In this document: positions 11,541-25,500 of the stretch, one piece after another
How positions within the stretch are numbered: the first letter of the stretch is position 1
How the letters are laid out: the number at the start of each line of letters is the position of its first letter
NCBI RefSeq assembly: GCF_009914755.1
Contig: NC_060929.1
Length of the DNA: 64,000 bases
Origin: the human T2T-CHM13v2.0 reference genome, Homo sapiens
Reading direction: 5' to 3' (one strand)
The notes under the pieces: generated by a model
The model's input: only the letters and a program-made list of their open reading frames with translations
Databases searched by the model: none
What the model was told of the DNA's origin: nothing
Made by a program: the position numbers and the translations under genes

Positions 11541-13579
11541 TTAGACAGAGCAGATTTGAAACACTCTTTTTGTGCAATTGGCAAGTGGAGATTTCAAGCG
11601 CTTTAAGGTCAATGGCAGAAAAGGAAATATCTTCGTTTCAAAACTAGACAGAATCATTCCCACAAACTGCGTTGTGATGTGTTCGTTCATCTCACAGAGT
11701 TTAACCTTTCTTTTCATAGAGCAGTTAGGAAACACTCTGTTTGTAAATTCTGTAAGTGGATATTCTGACATCTTGTGGCCTTCGTTGGAAACGGGATTTC
11801 TTCATATTCTGCTAGACAGAAGAATTCTCAGAATCTTCCTTGTGTTGTGTGTATTCAACTCACACAGTTGAACGATGGTTTACACAGAGCAGATTTGAAA
11901 CACTCTTTTTGTGGAATTTGCAAGTGGAGATTTCAGCCGCTTTGAGGTCAATGGTAGAAAAGGAAATATCTTCGTATAAAAACTAGACAGAATGATTCTC
12001 AGAAACTTCTTTGTGATGTGTGCGTTCAACTCACAGAGTTTAACCTTTCTTTTCATAGAGCAGTTAGGAAACACTCTGTTTGTAAACTCTGCAAGTGGAT
12101 ATTCAGACCTCTGTGAGGCCTTCGTTGGAAACGGGATTTCTTCATACTGTGCTAGACAGAAGAATTCTCAGTAACTTCCTTGTGTTGTGTGTATTCAACT
12201 CACAGAGTTGAACGATCCTTTACACAGAGCAGACTTGAAACACTCTTTTTGTGGAATTTGCAAGTGGAGATTTCAGCCGCGTTGAGGTCAATGGTAGAAA
12301 AGGAAATATCTTCGTATAAAAACTAGACAGAATGATTCTCAGAAACTCCTTTGAGATGTGTGTGTTCAACTCACAGAGTTTAACCTTTCTTTTCATAGAG
12401 CAGTTAGGAATCACTCTGTTTGTAAAGTCTGCAAGTGGATATTCAGACCTCTTTGAGGCCTTCGTTGGAAACGGGTTTTTTTCACATAAGGCTAGACAGA
12501 AGAATTCCCAGTAACTTCCTTGTGTTGTGTGTGTTCAACTCACAGAGTTGAACTTTCATTTACACAGAGCAGATTTGAAACACTCTTTTTGTGGAATTTG
12601 CAAATGGAGATTTCAAGCGCTTTGAGGCCAAAGGCAGAAAAGGAAATATCTTCGTATAAAAACTAGACAGAATCATTCTCAGAAACTGCTCTGCGATGTG
12701 TGCGTTCAACTCTCAGAGTTTAACTTTGCTTTTCATTCAGCAGTTTGGAAACACTCTGTTTGTAAAGTCTGCACGTGGATAATTTGACCACTTAGAGGCC
12801 TTCGTTGGAAACGGGTTTTTTTCATGTAAGGCTAGACAGAAGAATTCTCAGTAACTTCCTTGTGTTGTGTGTATTCAACTCACACAGTTGAACGATCCTT
12901 TACACAGAGCAGACTTGTAACACTCTTTTTGTGGAATTTGCAAGTGGAGATTTCAGCCGCTTTGAAGTCAAATGTAGAAAAGGAAATATCTTCCTATAAA
13001 AACTAGACAGAATGATTCTCAGAAACTCCTTTGTGATGTGTGCGTTCAACTCACAGAGTTTAACCTTTCTTTTCATAGAGCAGTTAGGAAACACTCTGTT
13101 TGTAAAGTCTGCAAGTGGATATTCAGACCTCTTTGAGGCCTTCGTTGGAAACGGGTTTTTTTCATATAAGGCTAGACAGAAGAGTTCCCAGTAACTTCCT
13201 TGTGTTGTGTGTGTTCAACTCACAGAGTTGAACTTTCATTTACACAGAGCAGATTTGAAACACTCTTTTTGTGGAATTTGCAAGTGGAGATTTCAAGCGC
13301 TTTGAGGCCAAAGGCAGAAAAGGAAATATCTTCGTATAAAAACTAGACAGAATCATTCTCAGAAACTGCTCTGCGATGTGTGCGTTCAACTCTCAGAGTT
13401 TAACTTTTCTTTTCATTCAGCAGTTTGGAAACACTCTGTTTGTAAAGTCTGCACGTGGATATTTTGACCACTTAGAGGCCTTCGTTGGAAACGGGTTTTT
13501 TTCCTGTAAGGCTAGACAGAAGAATTCCCAGTAACTTCCTTGTGTTGTGTACATTCAACTCACAGAGTTGAACGTTCCC
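11541..13579 (+). repeat. 12-monomer HOR variant (X-Y-Z-W-V-W), 2039 bp
   Basis: X-to-X spacing 2039 bp. Other 12-mers start at 39035, 41073, 51939 and 53978. Confidence 0.85.
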
Positions 13580-16500
13580 TTAGACAGAGCAGATTTGAAA
13601 CACTCTTTTTGTGCAATTGGCAAGTGGAGATTTCAAGCGCTTTAAGGTCAATGGCAGAAAAGGAAATATCTTCGTTTCAAAACTAGACAGAATCATTCCC
13701 ACAAACTGCGTTGTGATGTGTTCGTTCATCTCACAGAGTTTAACCTTTCTTTTCATAGAGCAGTTAGGAAACAGTCTGTTTGTAAATTCTGTAAGTGGAT
13801 ATTCTGACATCTTGTGGCCTTCGTTGGAAACGGGATTTCTTCATATTCTGCTAGACAGAAGAATTCTCAGAATCTTCCTTGTGTTGTGTGTATTCAACTC
13901 ACAGAGTTGAACGATGGTTTACACAGAGCAGATTTGAAACACTCTTTTTGTGGAATTTGCAAGTGGAGATTTCAGCCGCTTTGAGGTCAATGGTAGAAAA
14001 GGAAATATCTTCCTATAAAAACTAGACAGAATGATTCTCAGAAACTCCTTTGTGATGTGTGCGTTCAACTCACAGAGTTTAACCTTTCTTTTCATAGAGC
14101 AGTTAGGAAACACTCTGTTTGTAAAGTCTGCAAGTGGATATTCAGACCTCTTTGAGGCCTTCGTTGGAAACGGGTTTTTTTCATATAAGGCTAGACAGAA
14201 GAATTCCCAGTAACTTCCTTGTGTTGTGTGTGTTCAACTCACAGAGTTGAACTTTCATTTACACAGAGCAGATTTGAAACACTCTTTTTGTGGAATTTGC
14301 AGGTGGAGATTTCAAGCGCTTTGAGGCCAAAGGCAGAAAAGGAAATATCTTCGTATAAAAACTAGACAGAATCATTCTCAGAAACTGCTCTGCGATGTGT
14401 GCGTTCAACTCTCAGAGTTTAACTTTTCTTTTCATTCAGCAGTTTGGAAACACTCTGTTTGTAAAGTCTGCACGTGGATAATTTGACCACTTAGAGGCCT
14501 TCGTTGGAAACGGGTTTTTTTCATGTAAGGCTAGACAGAAGAATTCTCAGTAACTTCCTTGTGTTGTGTGTATTCAACTCACAGAGTTGAACGATCCTTT
14601 ACACAGAGCAGACTTGTAACCCTCTTTTTGTGGAATTTGCAAGTGGAGATTTCAGCCGCTTTGAAGTCAAAGGTAGAAAAGGAAATATCTTCCTATAAAA
14701 ACTAGACAGAATGATTCTCAGAAACTCCTTTGTGATGTGTGCGTTCAACTCACAGAGTTTAACCTTTCTTTTCATAGAGCAGTTAGGAAACACTCTGCTT
14801 TTAAAGTCTGCAAGTGGATATTCAGCCCTCTTTGAGGCCTTCGTTGGAAACGGGTTTTTTTCATATAAGGCTAGACAGAAGAATTCCCAGTAACTTCCTT
14901 GTGTTGTGTGTGTTCAACTCACAGAGTTGAACTTTGATTTACACAGAGCAGATTTGAAACACTCTTTTTGTGGAATTTGCAAGTGGAGATTTCAAGCGCT
15001 TTGAGGCCAAAGGCAGAAAAGGAAATATCTTCGTATAAAAACTAGACAGAATCATTCTCAGAAACTGCTCTGCGATGTGTGCGTTCAACTCTCAGAGTTT
15101 AACTTTTCTTTTCATTCAGCAGTTTGGAAACACTCTGTTTGTAAAGTCTGCACGTGGATATTTTGACCACTTAGAGGCCTTCGTTGGAAACGGGTTTTTT
15201 TCCTGTAAGGCTAGACAAAAGAATTCCCAGTAACTTCCTTGTGTTGTGTACATTCAACTCACAGAGTTGAACGTTCCCTTAGACAGAGCAGATTTGAAAC
15301 ACTCTTTTTGTGCAATTGGCAAGTGGAGATTTCAAGCGCTTTAAGGTCAATGGCAGAAAAGGAAATATCTTCGTTTCAAAACTAGACAGAATCATTCCCA
15401 CAAACTGCGTTGTGATGTGTTCGTTCATCTCACAGAGTTTAACCTTTCTTTTCATAGAGCAGTTAGGAAACACTCTGTTTGTAAATTCTGTAAGTGGATA
15501 TTCTGACATCTTGTGGCCTTCGTTGGAAACGGGATTTCTTCATATTCTGCTAGACAGAAGAATTCTCAGAATCTTCCTTGTGTTGTGTGTATTCAACTCA
15601 CACAGTTGAACGATGGTTTACACAGAGCAGATTTGAAACACTCTTTTTGTGGAATTTGCAAGTGGAGATTTCAGCCGCTTTGAGGTCAATGGTAGAAAAG
15701 GAAATATCTTCGTATAAAAACTAGACACAATGATTCTCAGAAACTCCTTTGTGATGTGTGCGTTCAACTCACAGAGTTTAACCTTTCTTTTCATAGAGCA
15801 GTTAGGAAACACTCTGTTTGTAAACTCTGCAAGTGGATATTCAGACCTCTTTGAGGCCTTCGTTGGAAACGGGATTTCTTCATACTGTGCTAGACAGAAG
15901 AATTCTCAGTAACTTCCTTGTGTTGTGTGTATTCAACTCACAGAGTTGAACGATCCTTTACACAGAGCAGACTTGGAACACTCTTTTTGTGGAATTTGCA
16001 AGTGGAGATTTCTGCCGCGTTGAGGTCAATGGTAGAAAAGGAAATATCTTCGTATAAAAACTAGACAGAATGATTCTCAGAAACTCCTTTGAGATGTGTG
16101 TGTTCAACTCACAGTTTAACCTTTCTTTTCATAGAGCAGTTAGGAATCACTCTGTTTGTAAAGTCTGCAAGTGGATATTCAGACCTCTTTGAGGCCTTCG
16201 TTGGAAACGGGTTTTTTTCATATAAGGCTAGACAGAAGAATTCCCAGTAACTTCCTTGTGTTGTGTGTGTTCAACTCACAGAGTTGAACTTTCATTTACA
16301 CAGAGCAGATTTGAAACACTCTTTTTGTGGAATTTGCAAGTGGAGATTTCAGCCGCTTTGAAGTCAAATGTAGAAAAGGAAATATCTTCCTATAAAAACT
16401 AGACAGAATGATTCTCAGAAACTCCTTTGTGATGTGTGCGTTCAACTCACAGAGTTTAACCTTTCTTTTCATAGAGCAGTTAGGAAACACTCTGTTTGTA

Positions 16501-19500
16501 AAGTCTACAAGTGGATATTCAGACCTCTTTGAGGCCTTCGTTGGAAACGGGTTTTTTTCATATAAGGCTAGACAGAAGAATTCCCAGTAACTTCCTTGTG
16601 TTGTGTGTGTTCAACTCACAGAGTTGAACTTTCATTTACACAGAGCAGATTTGAAACACTCTTTTTGTGGAATTTGCAAGTGGAGATTTCAAGCGCTTTG
16701 AGGCCAAAGGCAGAAAAGGAAATATCTTCGTATAAAAACTAGACAGAATCATTCTCAGAAACTGCTCTGCGATGTGTGCGTTCAACTCTCAGAGTTTAAC
16801 TTTTCTTTTCATTCAGCAGTTTGGAAACACTCTGTTTGTAAAGTCTGCACGTGGATATTTTGACCACTTAGAGGCCTTCGTTGGAAACGGGTTTTTTTCC
16901 TGTAAGGCTAGACAGAAGAATTCCCAGTAACTTCCTTGTGTTGCGTACATTCAACTCACAGAGTTGAACGTTCCCTTAGACAGAGCAGATTTGAAACACT
17001 CTTTTTGTGCAATTGGCAAGTGGAGATTTCAAGCGCTTTAAGGTCAATGGCAGAAAAGGAAATATCTTCGTTTCAAAACTAGACAGAATCATTCCCACAA
17101 ACTGCGTTGTGATGTGTTCGTTCATCTCACAGAGTTTAACCTTTCTTTTCATAGAGCAGTTAGGAAACAGTCTGTTTGTAAATTCTGTAAGTGGATATTC
17201 TGACATCTTGTGGCCTTCGTTGGAAACGGGATTTCTTCATATTCTGCTAGACAGAAGAATTCTCAGAATCTTCCTTGTGTTGTGTGTATTCAACTCACAG
17301 AGTTGAACGATGGTTTACACAGAGCAGATTTGAAACACTCTTTTTGTGGAATTTGCAAGTGGAGATTTCAGCCGCTTTGAGGTCAATGGTAGAAAAGGGA
17401 ATATCTTCCTATAAAAACTAGACAGAATGATTCTCAGAAACTCCTTTGTGATGTGTGCATTCAACTCACAGAGTTTAACCTTTCTTTTCATAGAGCAGTT
17501 AGGAAACACTCTGTTTGTAAAGTCTGCAAGTGGATATTCAGACCTCTTTGAGGCCTTCGTTGGAAACGGGTTTTTTTCATATAAGGCTAGACAGAAGAAT
17601 TCCCAGTAACTTCCTTGTGTTGTGTGTGTTCAACTCACAGAGTTGAACTTTCATTTACACAGAGCAGATTTGAAACACTCTTTTTGTGGAATTTGCAGGT
17701 GGAGATTTCAAGCGCTTTGAGGCCAAAGGCAGAAAAGGAAATATCTTCGTATAAAAACTAGACAGAATCATTCTCAGAAACTGCTCTGCGATGTGTGCGT
17801 TCAACTCTCAGAGTTTAACTTTTCTTTTCATTCAGCAGTTTGGAAACACTCTGTTTGTAAAGTCTGCACGTGGATAATTTGACCACTTAGAGGCCTTCGT
17901 TGGAAACGGGTTTTTTTCATGTAAGGCTAGACAGAAGAATTCTCAGTAACTTCCTTGTGTTGTGTGTATTCAACTCACAGAGTTGAACGATCCTTTACAC
18001 AGAGCAGACTTGTAACCCTCTTTTTGTGGAATTTGCAAGTGGAGATTTCAGCCGCTTTGAAGTCAAAGGTAGAAAAGGAAATATCTTCCTATAAAAACTA
18101 GACAGAATGATTCTCAGAAACTCCTTTGTGATGTGTGCGTTCAACTCACAGAGTTTAACCTTTCTTTTCATAGAGCAGTTAGGAAACACTCTGCTTGTAA
18201 AGTCTGCAAGTGGATATTCAGCCCTCTTTGAGGCCTTCGTTGGAAACGGGTTTTTTTCATATAAGGCTAGACAGAAGAATTCCCAGTAACTTCCTTGTGT
18301 TGTGTGTGTTCAACTCACAGAGTTGAACTTTGATTTACACAGAGCAGATTTGAAACACTCTTTTTGTGGAATTTGCAAGTGGAGATTTCAAGCGCTTTGA
18401 GGCCAAAGGCAGAAAAGGAAATATCTTCGTATAAAAACTAGACAGAATCATTCTCAGAAACTGCTCTGCGATGTGTGCGTTCAACTCTCAGAGTTTAACT
18501 TTTCTTTTCATTCAGCAGTTTGGAAACACTCTGTTTGTAAAGTCTGCACGTGGATATTTTGACCACTTAGAGGCCTTCGTTGGAAACGGGTTTTTTTCCT
18601 GTAAGGCTAGACAAAAGAATTCCCAGTAACTTCCTTGTGTTGTGTACATTCAACTCACAGAGTTGAACGTTCCCTTAGACAGAGCAGATTTGAAACACTC
18701 TTTTTGTGCAATTGGCAAGTGGAGATTTCAAGCGCTTTAAGGTCAATGGCAGAAAAGGAAATATCTTCGTTTCAAAACTAGACAGAATCATTCCCACAAA
18801 CTGCGTTGTGATGTGTTCGTTCATCTCACAGAGTTTAACCTTTCTTTTCATAGAGCAGTTAGGAAACACTCTGTTTGTAAATTCTGTAAGTGGATATTCT
18901 GACATCTTGTGGCCTTCGTTGGAAACGGGATTTCTTCATATTCTGCTAGACAGAAGAATTCTCAGAATCTTCCTTGTGTTGTGTGTATTCAACTCACACA
19001 GTTGAACGATGGTTTACACAGAGCAGATTTGAAACACTCTTTTTGTGGAATTTGCAAGTGGAGATTTCAGCCGCTTTGAGGTCAATGGTAGAAAAGGAAA
19101 TATCTTCGTATAAAAACTAGACAGAATGATTCTCAGAAACTCCTTTGTGATGTGTGCGTTCAACTCACAGAGTTTAACCTTTCTTTTCATAGAGCAGTTA
19201 GGAAACACTCTGTTTGTAAACTCTGCAAGTGGATATTCAGACCTCTTTGAGGCCTTCGTTGGAAACGGGATTTCTTCATACTGTGCTAGACAGAAGAATT
19301 CTCAGTAACTTCCTTGTGTTGTGTGTATTCAACTCACAGAGTTGAACGATCCTTTACACAGAGCAGACTTGGAACACTCTTTTTGTGGAATTTGCAAGTG
19401 GAGATTTCTGCCGCGTTGAGGTCAATGGTAGAAAAGGAAATATCTTCGTATAAAAACTAGACAGAATGATTCTCAGAAACTCCTTTGAGATGTGTGTGTT

Positions 19501-22500
19501 CAACTCACAGTTTAACCTTTCTTTTCATAGAGCAGTTAGGAATCACTCTGTTTGTAAAGTCTGCAAGTGGATATTCAGACCTCTTTGAGGCCTTCGTTGG
19601 AAACGGGTTTTTTCATATAAGGCTAGACAGAAGAATTCCCAGTAACTTCCTTGTGTTGTGTGTGTTCAACTCACAGAGTTGAACTTTCATTTACACAGAG
19701 CAGATTTGAAACACTCTTTTTGTGGAATTTGCAAGTGGAGATTTCAAGCGCTTTGAGGCCAAAGGCAGAAAAGGAAATATCTTCGTATAAAAACTAGACA
19801 GAATCATTCTCAGAAACTGCTCTGCGATGTGTGCGTTCAACTCTCAGAGTTTAACTTTTCTTTTCATTCAGCAGTTTGGAAACACTCTGTTTGTAAAGTC
19901 TGCACGTGGATATTTTGACCACTTAGAGGCCTTCGTTGGAAACGGGCTTTTTCCTGTAAGGCTAGACAGAAGAATTCCCAGTAAATTCCTTGTGTTGTGT
20001 ACATTCAACTCACAGAGTTGAACGTTCCCTTAGACAGAGCAGATTTGATACACTCTTTTTGTGCAATTGGCAAGTGGAGATTTCAAGCGCTTTAAGGTCA
20101 ATGGCAGAAAAGGAAATATCTTCGTTTCAAAACTAGACAGAATCATTCCCACAAACTGCGTTGTGATGTGTTCGTTCATCTCACAGAGTTTAACCTTTCT
20201 TTTCATAGAGCAGTTAGGAAACACTATGTTTGTAAATTCTGTAAGTGGATATTCTGACATCTTGTGGCCTTCGTTGGAAACGGGATTTCTTCATATTCTG
20301 CTAGACAGAAGAATTCTCAGAATCTTCCTTGTGTTGTGTGTATTCAACTCACACAGTTGAACGATGGTTTACACAGAGCAGATTTGAAACACTCTTTTTG
20401 TGGAATTTGCAAGTGGAGATTTCAGCCGCTTTGAGGTCAATGGTAGAAAAGGAAATATCTTCGTATAAAAACTAGACAGAATGATTCTCAGAAACTCCTT
20501 TGTGATGTGTGCGTTCAACTCACAGAGTTTAACCTTTCTTTTCATAGAGCAGTTAGGAAACACTCTGTTTGTAAACTCTGCAAGTGGATATTCAGACCTC
20601 TTTGAGGCCTTCGTTGGAAACGGGATTTCTTCATACTGTGCTAGACAGAAGAATTCTCAGTAACTTCCTTGTGTTGTGTGTATTCAACTCACAGAGTTGA
20701 ACGATCCTTTACACAGAGCAGACTTGGAACACTCTTTTTGTGGAATTTGCAAGTGGAGATTTCTGCCGCGTTGAGGTCAATGGTAGAAAAGGAAATATCT
20801 TCGTATAAAAACTAGACAGAATGATTCTCAGAAACTCCTTTGAGATGTGTGTGTTCAACTCACAGTTTAACCTTCTTTTCATAGAGCAGTTAGGAATCAC
20901 TCTGTTTGTAAAGTCTGCAAGTGGATATTCAGACCTCTTTGAGGCCTTCGTTGGAAACGGGTTTTTTTCATATAAGGCTAGACAGAAGAATTCCCAGTAA
21001 CTTCCTTGTGTTGTGTGTGTTCAACTCACAGAGTTGAACTTTCATTTACACAGAGCAGATTTGAAACACTCTTTTTGTGGAATTTGCAAGTGGAGATTTC
21101 AGCCGCTTTGAAGTCAAATGTAGAAAAGGAAATATCTTCCTATAAAAACTAGACAGAATGATTCTCAGAAACTCCTTTGTGATGTGTGCGTTCAACTCAC
21201 AGAGTTTAACCTTTCTTTTCATAGAGCAGTTAGGAAACACTCTGTTTGTAAAGTCTGCAAGTGGATATTCAGACCTCTTTGAGGCCTTCGTTGGAAACGG
21301 GTTTTTTTCATATAAGGCTAGACAGAAGAATTCCCAGTAACTTCCTTGTGTTGTGTGTGTTCAACTCACAGAGTTGAACTTTCATTTACACAGAGCAGAT
21401 TTGAAACACTCTTTTTGTGGAATTTGCAAGTGGAGATTTCAAGCGCTTTGAGGCCAAAGGCAGAAAAGGAAATATCTTCGTATAAAAACTAGACAGAATC
21501 ATTCTCAGAAACTGCTCTGCGATGTGTGCGTTCAACTCTCAGAGTTTAACTTTTCTTTTCATTCAGCAGTTTGGAAACACTCTGTTTGTAAAGTCTGCAC
21601 GTGGATATTTTGACCACTTAGAGGCCTTCGTTGGAAACGGGTTTTTTTCCTGTAAGGCTAGACAGAAGAATTCCCAGTAACTTCCTTGTGTTGTGTACAT
21701 TCAACTCACAGAGTTGAACGTTCCCTTAGACAGAGCAGATTTGAAACACTCTTTTTGTGCAATTGGCAAGTGGAGATTTCAAGCGCTTTAAGGTCAATGG
21801 CAGAAAAGGAAATATCTTCGTTTCAAAACTAGACAGAATCATTCCCACAAACTGCGTTGTGATGTGTTCGTTCATCTCACAGAGTTTAACCTTTCTTTTC
21901 ATAGAGCAGTTAGGAAACAGTCTGTTTGTCAATTCTGTAAGTGGATATTCTGACATCTTGTGGCCTTCGTTGGAAACGGGATTTCTTCATATTCTGCTAG
22001 ACAGAAGAATTCTCAGAATCTTCCTTGTGTTGTGTGTATTCAACTCACAGAGTTGAACGATGGTTTACACAGAGCAGATTTGAAACACTCTTTTTGTGGA
22101 ATTTACAAGTGGAGATTTCAGCCGCTTTGAGGTCAATGGTAGAAAAGGAAATATCTTCCTATAAAAACTAGACAGAATGATTCTCAGAAACTCCTTTGTG
22201 ATGTGTGCGTTCAACTCACAGAGTTTAACCTTTCTTTTCATAGAGCAGTTAGGAAACACTCTGTTTGTAAACTCTGCAAGTGGATATTCAGACCTCTTTG
22301 AGGCCTTCGTTGGAAACGGGTTTTTTTCATATAAGGCTAGACAGAAGAATTCCCAGTAACTTCCTTGTGTTGTGTGTGTTCAACTCACAGAGTTGAACTT
22401 TCATTTACACAGAGCAGATTTGAAACACTCTTTTTGTGGAATTTGCAAGTGGAGATTTCAAGCGCTTTGAGGCCAAAGGCAGAAAAGGAAATATCTTCGT

Positions 22501-25500
22501 ATAAAAACTAGACAGAATCATTCTCAGAAACTGCTCTGCGATGTGTGCGTTCAACTCTCAGAGTTTAACTTTTCTTTTCATTCAGCAGTTTGGAAACACT
22601 CTGTTTGTAAAGTCTGCACGTGGATAATTTGACCCCTTAGAGGCCTTCGTTGGAAACGGGTTTTTTTCATGTAAGGCTAGACAGAAGAATTCTCAGTAAC
22701 TTCCTTGTGTTGTGTGTGTTCAACTCACAGAGTTGAACTTTCATTTACACAGAGCAGATTTGAAACACTCTTTTTGTGGAATTTGCAAGTGGAGATTTCA
22801 GCCGCTTTGAAGTCAAATGTAGAAAAGGAAATATCTTCCTATAAAAACTAGACAGAATGATTCTCAGAAACTCCTTTGTGATGTGTGCGTTCAACTCACA
22901 GAGTTTAACCTTTCTTTTCATAGAGCAGTTAGGAAACACTCTGTTTGTAAAGTCTGCAAGTGGATATTCAGCCCTCTTTGAGGCCTTCGTTGGAAACGGG
23001 TTTTTTTCATATAAGGCTAGACAGAAGAATTCCCAGTAACTTCCTTGTGTTGTGTGTGTTCAACTCACAGAGTTGAACTTTGATTTACACAGAGCAGATT
23101 TGAAACACTCTTTTTGTGGAATTTGCAAGTGGAGATTTCAAGCGCTTTGAGGCCAAAGGCAGAAAAGGAAATATCTTCGTATAAAAACTAGACAGAATCA
23201 TTCTCAGAAACTGCTCTGCGATGTGTGCGTTCAACTCTCAGAGTTTAACTTTTCTTTTCATTCAGCAGTTTGGAAACACTCTGTTTGTAAAGTCTGCACG
23301 TGGATATTTTGACCACTTAGAGGCCTTCGTTGGAAACGGGTTTTTTTCCTGTAAGGCTAGACAAAAGAATTCCCAGTAACTTCCTTGTGTTGTGTACATT
23401 CAACTCACAGAGTTGAACGTTCCCTTAGACAGAGCAGATTTGAAACACTCTTTTTGTGCAATTGGCAAGTGGAGATTTCAAGCGCTTTAAGGTCAATGGC
23501 AGAAAAGGAAATATCTTCGTTTCAAAACTAGACAGAATCATTCCCACAAACTGCGTTGTGATGTGTTCGTTCATCTCACAGAGTTTAACCTTTCTTTTCA
23601 TAGAGCAGTTAGGAAACACTCTGTTTGTAAATTCTGTAAGTGGATATTCTGACATCTTGTGGCCTTCGTTGGAAACGGGATTTCTTCATATTCTGCTAGA
23701 CAGAAGAATTCTCAGAATCTTCCTTGTGTTGTGTGTATTCAACTCACACAGTTGAACGATGGTTTACACAGAGCAGATTTGAAACACTCTTTTTGTGGAA
23801 TTTGCAAGTGGAGATTTCAGCCGCTTTGAGGTCAATGGTAGAAAAGGAAATATCTTCGTATAAAAACTAGACACAATGATTCTCAGAAACTCCTTTGTGA
23901 TGTGTGCGTTCAACTCACAGAGTTTAACCTTTCTTTTCATAGAGCAGTTAGGAAACACTCTGTTTGTAAACTCTGCAAGTGGATATTCAGACCTCTTTGA
24001 GGCCTTCGTTGGAAACGGGATTTCTTCATACTGTGCTAGACAGAAGAATTCTCAGTAACTTCCTTGTGTTGTGTGTATTCAACTCACAGAGTTGAACGAT
24101 CCTTTACACAGAGCAGACTTGGAACACTCTTTTTGTGGAATTTGCAAGTGGAGATTTCTGCCGCGTTGAGGTCAATGGTAGAAAAGGAAATATCTTCGTA
24201 TAAAAACTAGACAGAATGATTCTCAGAAACTCCTTTGAGATGTGTGTGTTCAACTCACAGTTTAACCTTTCTTTTCATAGAGCAGTTAGGAATCACTCTG
24301 TTTGTAAAGTCTGCAAGTGGATATTCAGACCTCTTTGAGGCCTTCGTTGGAAACGGGTTTTTTTCATATAAGGCTAGACAGAAGAATTCCCAGTAACTTC
24401 CTTGTGTTGTGTGTGTTCAACTCACAGAGTTGAACTTTCATTTACACAGAGCAGATTTGAAACACTCTTTTTGTGGAATTTGCAAGTGGAGATTTCAAGC
24501 GCTTTGAGGCCAAAGGCAGAAAAGGAAATATCTTCGTATAAAAACTAGACAGAATCATTCTCAGAAACTGCTCTGCGATGTGTGCGTTCAACTCTCAGAG
24601 TTTAACTTTTCTTTTCATTCAGCAGTTTGGAAACACTCTGTTTGTAAAGTCTGCACGTGGATATTTTGACCACTTAGAGGCCTTCGTTGGAAACGGGCTT
24701 TTTCCTGTAAGGCTAGACAGAAGAATTCCCAGTAAATTCCTTGTGTTGTGTACATTCAACTCACAGAGTTGAACGTTCCCTTAGACAGAGCAGATTTGAA
24801 ACACTCTTTTTGTGCAATTGGCAAGTGGAGATTTCAAGCGCTTTAAGGTCAATGGCAGAAAAGGAAATATCTTCGTTTCAAAACTAGACAGAATCATTCC
24901 CACAAACTGCGTTGTGATGTGTTCGTTCATCTCACAGAGTTTAACCTTTCTTTTCATAGAGCAGTTAGGAAACACTATGTTTGTAAATTCTGTAAGTGGA
25001 TATTCTGACATCTTGTGGCCTTCGTTGGAAACGGGATTTCTTCATATTCTGCTAGACAGAAGAATTCTCAGAATCTTCCTTGTGTTGTGTGTATTCAACT
25101 CACACAGTTGAACGATGGTTTACACAGAGCAGATTTGAAACACTCTTTTTGTGGAATTTGCAAGTGGAGATTTCAGCCGCTTTGAGGTCAATGGTAGAAA
25201 AGGAAATATCTTCGTATAAAAACTAGACAGAATGATTCTCAGAAACTCCTTTGTGATGTGTGCGTTCAACTCACAGAGTTTAACCTTTCTTTTCATAGAG
25301 CAGTTAGGAAACACTCTGTTTGTAAACTCTGCAAGTGGATATTCAGACCTCTTTGAGGCCTTCGTTGGAAACGGGATTTCTTCATACTGTGCTAGACAGA
25401 AGAATTCTCAGTAACTTCCTTGTGTTGTGTGTATTCAACTCACAGAGTTGAACGATCCTTTACACAGAGCAGACTTGGAACACTCTTTTTGTGGAATTTG

